From an archaeon (GTDB lineage: Archaea > Iainarchaeota > Iainarchaeia > Iainarchaeales > JAAZKV01), in NCBI GenBank assembly GCA_041653195.1, contig JBAZFU010000002.1, forward strand, positions 23,639-87,638: a stretch of 64,000 nucleotides of DNA. Reading direction: 5' to 3'. The notes under the pieces are model-generated. The model made no database searches. It was not told the origin of the DNA and worked only from the letters and a program-made list of their open reading frames with translations. Positions 8,156 to 15,391 of this stretch are shown piece after piece (the stretch's first letter is position 1; every line of letters starts with the position of its first letter). The translations under genes were made by a program, and so were the position numbers.

Positions 8156-8229
8156 TGGGCACGGGCGGATTCGAACCGCCGACGCTTAGTGTATAAGACT
8201 AATGCTCTACCAGGCTGAGCTACGCGCCC
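8156..8229 (-). tRNA. tRNA-Ile, anticodon UAU
   Basis: Hand-folded 74-nt cloverleaf: GGGCGCG-TA-GCTC-AGCCTGGTA-GAGC-A-TTAGT-CTTATAC-ACTAA-GCGTC-GGCGG-TTCGAAT-CCGCC-CGTGCCC-A. Anticodon loop is CTTATAC. CCA is not encoded. Confidence 0.85.
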
Positions 8230-8365
8230 AGCTGTCACGTCAGCTGGCAACGTGCCGGCTTGCGCTCTGCTTAGCCGGCTTGCCTCGCTTTGCTCGGCAA
8301 ATCTTAACAAAATTTAGCAAAAAGAGATTTTAAAAGGTTGTTTCTTTGAAAAATCGGGCAGAACT

Positions 8366-8938
8366 TCAATTATTTAGTTCGTCAGAAATCAATTGCTTGG
8401 TTTCAAAAACCGCGCGCGCCAAATCATCATTAACTACTGCATGGTCAAACTCGTCCGCGCGAGAAAGTTCTTCACTTGCAATGCTCAGACGCTGCTCGAT
8501 TGTTTGCTTACCGTCCTTGCTTCGCTTCTCCAATCTTTCCCTAAGCGATTCAAGGCTCGGAGGTTTCACAAAAATAGTGATGGCTTCCGGAAACTTTTGT
8601 TTAATTGTTTTTGCACCCTGAACATCAACGAGCATCAAAATGCTTTTGCCGGAATTTATCACGTTTTGAACATCCTTTGCAAGGCTTCCGTAATAGTTTC
8701 CATAAACGGTCGCGTGCTCAAGAAACTCGCCCTTTGAAACAAGCTCCTCAAATTTTTCCTTGGAAAAAAAATTGTAATCGACACCGTTCTGCTCGCCTTC
8801 GCGCGGAGCGCGCGTCGTGCATGTAACTATTCTCTGAAAAAAAGGAAGTTCCGAAAGGACCGCATCTGCGATTGTTGTTTTTCCGACGCCAGAGGAGCCC
8901 GTAATAACAAAAAGTTTTCCTTTTTTTGTTTCAGGCAT
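8366..8938 (-). CDS. gmk: Guanylate kinase
   Basis: P-loop GSSGVGKTT, TTRAPREGEQNGVDYNF, and the conserved YGNYYG and LE.RL pattern of guanylate kinases. Confidence 0.9.
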   Translation of the reverse strand: MPETKKGKLFVITGSSGVGKTTIADAVLSELPFFQRIVTCTTRAPREGEQNGVDYNFFSKEKFEELVSKGEFLEHATVYGNYYGSLAKDVQNVINSGKSILMLVDVQGAKTIKQKFPEAITIFVKPPSLESLRERLEKRSKDGKQTIEQRLSIASEELSRADEFDHAVVNDDLARAVFETKQLISDELNN

Positions 8939-9022
8939 GCAGAAAAGAAAATAGAAAAAGAATAAAAACAGGCTGGAAAAAACCCAACTTAAAAATCAGG
9001 TTTTTGTCAGTTTTGTTAAAAA

Positions 9023-9112
9023 ATGCCGAGGGCATTTTCGCCGCTAAGCAAAAGCTCGTGCTTTTGCGAAGCATGACACCCTGCAGGGTGCCATGGCCTT
9101 TTTTAAAAGGCC
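9023..9112 (-). repeat. Composite three-hairpin element copy B, immediately 3' of the thermosome gene
   Basis: Hairpin ATGCC-gag-GGCAT (9023-9035); ttttcgcc (9035-9042); GCAAAAGC-tcgt-GCTTTTGC (9048-9067); palindrome CACCCTGCAGGGTG (9077-9090); GGCC-T6A4-GGCC (9095-9112). It is collinear with copy A and differs from it by paired substitutions in the stems. Confidence 0.75.
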
Positions 9113-9121
9113 GAGGCTGAA

Positions 9122-10750
9122 CTACATCATATCTTCGCCGCCCATTCCGCCCGGAGGCATCATGGAACCTTTCTTCGAAGAACCGAGAATGATATCATCA
9201 ATTCGCAAAATCATTTCAACAACTTCTTCAGCCGCATTGATTGCCTGTGTTTTTACCGCAAGAGGCTCCAAAACTTTCGCGCCTTTCATATCCTCGACTT
9301 TTCCTGCATAAACATTTATTCCGAAAGTTGCGCCGCCTTTCTGCGCGTGCTTGCTTCTCAATGAAACAAGAGCATCAATCGGATCCATTCCAGCGGTTTC
9401 TGCAAGAGTTCTTGGAATTATTTCAAGCGCTTCGGCAAATGCTTCTATTGCGAGCTGTTCCCTTCCGCCGATTGTTTTTGCGAAGTTTCTCAATTTCACA
9501 GCCACATCCATTTCGCAGCTTCCCGCACCCGTTAAAATTTTTCCCTGTCTTACGGCCGCAGAAATTGCGCCGATTGCATCAATCATTGCGCGCTCAGCTT
9601 CATCAATCACATGATCGGTTCCGCCCCTTATCAAAACAGAAACGCTTTTTGGATTCTTACAGCCTTCAATGAAAACCATTGCATCGCCTGCAACTTTTTT
9701 CTCATAAATTTTTCCAGCGTGCCCCAAATCACTTGAGGAAAGTTCCTTCATGCTGGTGACAACGGAAGCGCCGGTAGCTCGAGCAAGAGCATCCATATCG
9801 GATTTCTTAACTCTGCGAACCGCGACTATTTTTTCCTTCGCCAAATAATGCTGCGCAACATCGTCAATTCCCTTCTGAGTAAAGACTGCGTTTGCACCGC
9901 TCTTCTTTATCATTGCAACCATATCTTTCAGCATCTTTTCTTCCTGGTCAAGGAAAGCCTGTAACTGTTCAGGAGAATTAATTTCAATCTTTGTGTCATT
10001 CTCGGGTTCTTTCACCTCAAGCGCAACATCAAGCAAAGCAATTTTTGCATTCGAAATATTTTTCGGCATAGCCGCGTGAACAATCTCCTTATCAATAACG
10101 ATTCCGCTTATCAACACAGTATCGTTCAAAGAAGCGCCGGTCTTTTTCTCCAGCTTTATGTTATCGTGATCAATAACTGTTTTTGTCCCGTCTGTTTCCG
10201 CAACGCTTGAAACGGCTTCAACAACAATTTTGGAAAGCTTGTCTGCGGCTTCAGCGGCCTTTCCGGTCATCGAAGTCATCGCAATGGTTTCCAAAGTTTT
10301 TTTGTCCTTAAATGTTACGGGCTCCGCAATATCCTCATAATATTTTTTCGCTTTCTCAGAAGCGAGCCTATAACCGTTAATTATAACGCTCGGATGAATA
10401 CTATCATCCAACAATTTCTCTGCTTTTTCTAACAGCGTTCCGGCAAGAACAACAACAGTAGTGGTTCCGTCGCCGACTTCCTCGTCCTGAGTTTTTGCAA
10501 CATCAACCAACATTTTCCCAACAGGGTGTTCAATGGCCATTTCGCTCAGAATAGTTGCGCCGTCATTCGAAATTGTGACGTCACCCAAATCATCAACAAT
10601 CATTTTGTCCATTCCCTTCGGACCCAAAGTACTTTTTACCGCCTGTGCAACCGCACGCGCAATAAGAATGTTTACACGCTGGGCATCCCGTCCCCTTGTT
10701 CTCTTACTTCCTTCGTTCATAAACGCGTTATTTTGTTCCTGTTCAGCCAT
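9122..10750 (-). CDS. ths: Thermosome subunit (group II chaperonin)
   Basis: 542 aa with [25 protein letters not shown] and the C-terminal GGMGGEDMM tail typical of thermosomes. Confidence 0.95.
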   Translation of the reverse strand: MAEQEQNNAFMNEGSKRTRGRDAQRVNILIARAVAQAVKSTLGPKGMDKMIVDDLGDVTISNDGATILSEMAIEHPVGKMLVDVAKTQDEEVGDGTTTVVVLAGTLLEKAEKLLDDSIHPSVIINGYRLASEKAKKYYEDIAEPVTFKDKKTLETIAMTSMTGKAAEAADKLSKIVVEAVSSVAETDGTKTVIDHDNIKLEKKTGASLNDTVLISGIVIDKEIVHAAMPKNISNAKIALLDVALEVKEPENDTKIEINSPEQLQAFLDQEEKMLKDMVAMIKKSGANAVFTQKGIDDVAQHYLAKEKIVAVRRVKKSDMDALARATGASVVTSMKELSSSDLGHAGKIYEKKVAGDAMVFIEGCKNPKSVSVLIRGGTDHVIDEAERAMIDAIGAISAAVRQGKILTGAGSCEMDVAVKLRNFAKTIGGREQLAIEAFAEALEIIPRTLAETAGMDPIDALVSLRSKHAQKGGATFGINVYAGKVEDMKGAKVLEPLAVKTQAINAAEEVVEMILRIDDIILGSSKKGSMMPPGGMGGEDMM

Positions 10751-10951
10751 AAAAAATCCTCCAAAAAACCAAACCTTTCTAAACCCTCAAACTCCGCCAA
10801 ACCCCATAAAACTGATTCAGCATCCAAAAATAGGTTCTTTCTGATTTATTGTCCATAAATAATGCATATAAATCTTATTGTACAGCCTTGCCGACGCCAA
10901 AAATCGATTGACGGGTTTTGAAATATATAAACCTTTCCAGCCAACAACTTT

Positions 10952-11554
10952 TTGAGCGCTATGCAAAACCCAAGAAACACAAAAATCAGAAAAATTTCAC
11001 TGATAGGGAAAGGTTGGAGCTCATATATTTGGCTCGCGGAGGCGAAAACCGGCGCAAAAAAAATCAGGTGTGTTGTGAAAGAAGTGAGAGAAAAGAGCCC
11101 GCGCAAGAACTTGGCGGAAAGGGAAGGAAAATTTTTGAAACTGGCAAATTCTGCTAGCGTGGGGCCGAAAATAATTCTTGCCGATGAAAAAAACAATTTT
11201 GTCGCAATGGAATTCATCAAAGGAAAAAGCCTGCTTAACTGGATTCTGGAAAGCGGAGAAAAAAATTCACAAAAAATTTCAAAAAAACAGCTTTACTATT
11301 TCATAAAAGAACTTTACAAGCAATTGCTTGCACTCGATTCTGTTCATTTGAGCCACAACCAGTTACAGGTCGGAAAAAACATTCTGGTGCAGAAGAATGG
11401 AAGAAACTACTTTCCTGCAATAATTGATTTTGAAAAAGCAACGCTGAAAGAAAAAACCAAAAACATCGGCCAGATAGAAAGTTTTTTGTTTTACAACCCG
11501 AACGGCGCGGTCGCAAAAAAAGTGCGCGAAATTTTGAACGTCAGGCTTTGTTAA
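10952..11554 (+). CDS. Small protein-kinase-fold protein (Bud32/RIO-like), catalytic Asp apparently missing
   Basis: Gly-loop-like IGKGWSSYIW, VVKEV (VAIK-like Lys), hinge MEFIKG and IIDFEKA (DFG-like). The catalytic-loop position reads LSHNQLQVGKNILV instead of HGDL...N. Confidence 0.5.
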   Translation: MSAMQNPRNTKIRKISLIGKGWSSYIWLAEAKTGAKKIRCVVKEVREKSPRKNLAEREGKFLKLANSASVGPKIILADEKNNFVAMEFIKGKSLLNWILESGEKNSQKISKKQLYYFIKELYKQLLALDSVHLSHNQLQVGKNILVQKNGRNYFPAIIDFEKATLKEKTKNIGQIESFLFYNPNGAVAKKVREILNVRLC

Positions 11555-12101
11555 ATTCGCTCAAAACTTTTTCAAAAAGCACTTTTGCAGTTTTTGATTT
11601 TATTTTTTTTGAGGCACTGCGAAAAAAATCGGACAAATCTTTTTTCGTGCGATTATTCTTTTTATAGTAAAGTGCTTGAAGGCACATATCCACCAAATCC
11701 ATGTCGCGAACAAATTTTGATTCCAAAGTTTTTTGCGCAAAATATTCTTTTGCAATCTTTGAAATAATTAATTTTTTATTTTCAGGCGCAATTGAAAGAA
11801 GTTTTTCAAGGGCTGAAAGCTCCTTCTCTTCTTTTTCGACATTAGTCATTTCCTGCTCGTGCTCGAACTCGCGCGAACAGATATCTCCGGAAATGCTTTC
11901 GTGCAAATCGTGGACGAGAGCAAGGGAAACACATTTTTCGGCATCAAGGTTTTCGTCATTTGCGAAGAGTCGACACAGAAGCGCAACAGAAAACGAGTGA
12001 TCGGCGACGCTTTCCGGCTTAGAAACTTTTCTAATTTTCCAGCCCGTTCGCTCAACATCCTTAAGCGAAAGAATTTTTGATTCAAATTCCAAAAAGCCCA
12101 T
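11541..12101 (-). CDS. HD-domain phosphohydrolase (YfbR-like 5'-nucleotidase family)
   Basis: VERTGW, ESVADHSFSVALL and LALVHDLHESISGDI contain the H...HD...D metal-binding motif set. Confidence 0.8.
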   Translation of the reverse strand: MGFLEFESKILSLKDVERTGWKIRKVSKPESVADHSFSVALLCRLFANDENLDAEKCVSLALVHDLHESISGDICSREFEHEQEMTNVEKEEKELSALEKLLSIAPENKKLIISKIAKEYFAQKTLESKFVRDMDLVDMCLQALYYKKNNRTKKDLSDFFRSASKKIKSKTAKVLFEKVLSEFNKA

Positions 12102-12127
12102 AAAAAAAATTATTTAGAAAAAAAAGT

Positions 12128-12856
12128 TTAAATACGAAACCTTCTGTCGATTTCCATCACAAGAAGATTGCAAACCGTTTTCATTGATTCCATCTGCTGA
12201 ATAATTCTTTCCTTTTCAAGCTCAATCTCGCCGACAGCCTCATAAGTTTCAACGGATTCCTTAAACATACTCCTGTCAATGTACGCGTAAGGATAGGAAT
12301 CCATTTTTTTTGCAACGCGAGAAACTACTTTCCCGAGCCACAAATTCAAACCTTTTTTCACAGGCCCTTTAATGGTTTTGCCCGAATCAAGATGCGGGCG
12401 CAACTTGTTGGTTATTGTTGCTTTAGGAAAAGGCAGCTCCTCAGAGTCAAGAGGCAAGGAGATGGATTTCGCACCGTGATACTCATCAACTTTAGTTATT
12501 ATAGAATCGCATTCATCATGAATACTTTTTAATTTTTTTATTAGAGCTTCGCGTTCCGCATTAATATTCTGAATATTTTCATAGGGCGCAATCGCCTCTT
12601 TCAGCATATCGTAATTAACAAAAGTGTAAGGCTGGGAATTCATTTTGCGCGCTATTCTCTCAATCATCTTCGCGACCCAAAGATTCATCTCATCTTTCAC
12701 AGTGCCTTTGAGCTGCTTGCCCTTCGAAACATTTTTTCGAACAATATTAGTAATGGTTGCGCGCGGAAAAGGAAGTTTTCTTTCATCCATCAGTTTTTCT
12801 TCAGCTTCTTCAACAATTACGGGAGCAACTTCCAAATCTTTTTTTTCTTCAACCAT
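12128..12856 (-). CDS. Tandem (doublet) histone-fold-like protein with coiled-coil linkers
   Basis: Two internal repeats: LPFPRATITNIVRKNVSKGKQLKGTVKDEMNLWVAKMIERIARKMNSQPYTFVNYDMLKEAI and LPFPKATITNKLRPHLDSGKTIKGPVKKGLNLWLGKVVSRVAKKMDSYPYAYIDRSMFKESV. Both align position for position with the archaeal histone pattern LPIAP..RI.K...(long a2 helix)...RKTI...D...A. Each repeat is followed by a heptad-like segment. Confidence 0.55.
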   Translation of the reverse strand: MVEEKKDLEVAPVIVEEAEEKLMDERKLPFPRATITNIVRKNVSKGKQLKGTVKDEMNLWVAKMIERIARKMNSQPYTFVNYDMLKEAIAPYENIQNINAEREALIKKLKSIHDECDSIITKVDEYHGAKSISLPLDSEELPFPKATITNKLRPHLDSGKTIKGPVKKGLNLWLGKVVSRVAKKMDSYPYAYIDRSMFKESVETYEAVGEIELEKERIIQQMESMKTVCNLLVMEIDRRFRI

Positions 12857-12987
12857 TTAAGCACCTTTTCAAAACAAAAAGAATTATTAAAAAATTTTAT
12901 CCAGCCAATCCTTTAAGAACTTATTTATGGCGCAAAAAAATTCGGCGGGTTTTTAAAGACGCGTGAAACCGGAAAAAAATTTTCGCC

Positions 12988-13638
12988 TTAACTTATTATA
13001 GAAGCAAAAATCAGGGCAAGACTCGCCAACATTAGAACCGCTATCATCATCATCTGGGCACTGTCAAGGGCGTAAAAATTCATGTACAAAAGAGCGGCGC
13101 TGGAAAAAAGAGTTACCGCCCCCAAAATCATCAATATATAAGAAATTAATTTGCCGCCGCGCCTATACTTGTGTATCTTAACCTGCTCCAAATCTATTTC
13201 AAGCTGGGAAAGCCTGTTCTGAATCGAATCAATCGCCATCTTAACCATATTAACGGTTTTCTCCGAAGAACCAATGGTTTTGTCAACACGCCCCTCAAAC
13301 TCCTTTGTTTTATCAATTATGCCTTTCTCAACGTCCCTCAACTCAAATCTCGCAACTTCCGCAACTTTTTCCTTCTCATCCATCTCCGCCTTCGCAATAT
13401 CTCCGTGAATAATCTCCTCAAAATCCTTTCTCTGGGACGCCATCTCATCCTTTACAAGAGAATTTATTTCTTTTTTTAGCAGAGTAAAAGTATCCGCTTC
13501 CGCTATGAGAAGAAGCCTCTTAGCCTGCTCCTCGCTCACACCCAAATCAATGAGTGTTTGAACTATTTTATCCCGCGGCTCGCCGTCACGCACCATCTTC
13601 TGAATAATTTCTATTATCGAATCCTGTTTAGGAGCCAT
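12988..13638 (-). CDS. Coiled-coil protein with two C-terminal transmembrane helices
   Basis: 216 aa. Charged heptad-rich middle region, and a C-terminus LISYILMILGAVTLFSSAALLY...MMMIAVLMLASLALIFASIIS. Confidence 0.55.
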   Translation of the reverse strand: MAPKQDSIIEIIQKMVRDGEPRDKIVQTLIDLGVSEEQAKRLLLIAEADTFTLLKKEINSLVKDEMASQRKDFEEIIHGDIAKAEMDEKEKVAEVARFELRDVEKGIIDKTKEFEGRVDKTIGSSEKTVNMVKMAIDSIQNRLSQLEIDLEQVKIHKYRRGGKLISYILMILGAVTLFSSAALLYMNFYALDSAQMMMIAVLMLASLALIFASIIS

Positions 13639-13783
13639 AAAAAATCACAACCAAAAAACAACCATCATTTTTTCAAAAAACTAAAATAATATTTACCGCT
13701 ATTGCTTTATTTGTTTCCATCCCCTCCAAAAAACTCCCAAACCCCAATAATCCGCGCATTTGCTTTTTCTGTCCGAGTTTAAA

Positions 13784-14509
13784 TTAATTTTCCGGAACGA
13801 TTTTTATCTGCTTACTGGTAGATTTTTCGAAATCTCCAACCTTAACATTAAAATTAATCGTAACGAACCCGGAACTAGTTGGCGTGAGAGTAGTAGTTAT
13901 GGGCTTGCATTCTTTCGGAGAGAGGGAAAAAACATTCGGAAACAACGCTTCCTTAAAATAATTCCCGCTAACCGATTCGGTCCACTCGATTGAAGGCAGT
14001 GCTTCCTCAGAACGATTGCAAATATTTTTCGTCAGCAAATATTCTTGACCAACTACCATCTGCCACTCCGTATTCGCCTGACCGGAAAGAGAAACCTCCG
14101 CCTTAAGAGGATCAACCACCTCAGATTTCAAAGTAAACTCTTCAATTGAAATCGTTTTATTGAAGGGCGCACGCACCTCAACAAAATAAGTCAAATCCGA
14201 AGGAATATCAAGAATCTGCGAAAAATATGCTACCTGTCCCGCATTCAAATCCTCCACGGGAAAAGACTGCGAATTGCCGCTGGTCATAACCACAACAGTT
14301 ATTCCTCTGACAAAATGTTTCGAATAATTTAAAATTTCCATTTTCAATTCGGCTTTGGTTCCCTTAACGCCCATTTCAGGATTTTTTACGCTCAACGCTT
14401 CCTGAAAACTTGCCCAATACACCATTACAAAAAAAATCAGGGCAAAGGCCACGAGAAAAAAAGAATAAACGGTTTTTCTGCTCACCGTCGGCGCCTTCTC
14501 GGATTCCAT
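13784..14509 (-). CDS. Membrane-anchored beta-rich hypothetical protein
   Basis: 241 aa. N-terminal TM VYSFFLVAFALIFFVMVYWASF followed by alternating-pattern beta-sandwich-like sequence. Confidence 0.55.
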   Translation of the reverse strand: MESEKAPTVSRKTVYSFFLVAFALIFFVMVYWASFQEALSVKNPEMGVKGTKAELKMEILNYSKHFVRGITVVVMTSGNSQSFPVEDLNAGQVAYFSQILDIPSDLTYFVEVRAPFNKTISIEEFTLKSEVVDPLKAEVSLSGQANTEWQMVVGQEYLLTKNICNRSEEALPSIEWTESVSGNYFKEALFPNVFSLSPKECKPITTTLTPTSSGFVTINFNVKVGDFEKSTSKQIKIVPEN

Positions 14510-14581
14510 GCCAATAATAACTGCTTTTCAATATTTAATATTTAGCTCGGACAAAAAAAGCAGAAACGCGCGAAAAAACAC

Positions 14582-15262
14582 TTATTCTATTTCAACAGAG
14601 TAATCGAAAAACTGGGAAATTTTTGAAACAATATAATTACTTCCGAAAAAATAATACGCGTTCACGGAATTTTTTCGCAAAATTTTGGTAATTGAATGAA
14701 TGAACTTGAAAATATTTTCGTCGGAATGGAAAAGCCGAAGAATATCAAGAGAATCGAAAACAAACACTGCTTTGGAATAGGCTTCCACAAGCTCGATAAT
14801 TTTGATTTCAAGCCCCGGCAAATCCGCCAGGGAATCGGCGAAAAAAATATTCTCCTTATCTTTTTCACAAAAAATATTTTTAGTAACGCAGTCAACCAAA
14901 ACAACTTTTTTTGTTTCAATGCCCGCGTTTTCAAGTTCCTGAATCATCACCCTGTAGTTGCGCGCAGTGAGAACCATTACTGGAATTTTTCCGGAAGAAA
15001 TAATTTTTTTTGCAGTAACAATCAGCGTGTCACCCAAAAGTTCCGGACGAGTCTTTATAACCGCCTGAAAACGCGAAGCTTTCCCCGGAAGCTGCTTGTC
15101 AATTTCAAGCGAAATTTTGGACTGGCCCGAAAGCTCGCTCTGAAGCTTTTCAAACTGTTTAAGTTGGGCATCAATTTCCACCGAAATGTTTTTCTGATCA
15201 GATAAAAGCTTCTGAAGCTTTTCAAACTGTTTCGGACCGGCGGAATAATCAACTTCAGGCAT
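14582..15262 (-). CDS. KaiC/RecA-fold-like protein lacking a P-loop, with N-terminal 24-aa tandem repeat
   Basis: Walker-B-like hydrophobic strand ending in Asp (KAVFVFDSLDIL), but I find no GxxxxGK[ST]. The layout parallels 29305..29907. The exact 22-nt repeat tctgaagcttttcaaactgttt occurs at 15139-15160 and 15211-15232 (72-nt period), encoding KQFEKLQ twice. Confidence 0.45.
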   Translation of the reverse strand: MPEVDYSAGPKQFEKLQKLLSDQKNISVEIDAQLKQFEKLQSELSGQSKISLEIDKQLPGKASRFQAVIKTRPELLGDTLIVTAKKIISSGKIPVMVLTARNYRVMIQELENAGIETKKVVLVDCVTKNIFCEKDKENIFFADSLADLPGLEIKIIELVEAYSKAVFVFDSLDILRLFHSDENIFKFIHSITKILRKNSVNAYYFFGSNYIVSKISQFFDYSVEIE

Positions 15263-15391
15263 AGCCGAATAAGACAGAAAAATGTTTTAAAACAACCGCG
15301 AAGCGGCACCCCTTAAATTTATTAAATAGAAAGAACTAATTATAGCGAATGCGAATCCGACAAACAACTAGGAGCATAATTTAAAAAAACC

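Noticed and set aside
8110-8310. 66-aa minus-strand ORF
   Set aside because: It spans the tRNA-Ile(UAU) gene and its GC-rich leader. The Ala/Arg/Gly-rich product is a by-product of GC-rich structured RNA sequence.
10846-11220. 124-aa minus-strand ORF overlapping the start of the kinase-like gene
   Set aside because: It is hydrophobic and low-complexity, with no motif. The plus-strand ORF shows ordered kinase-fold landmarks.
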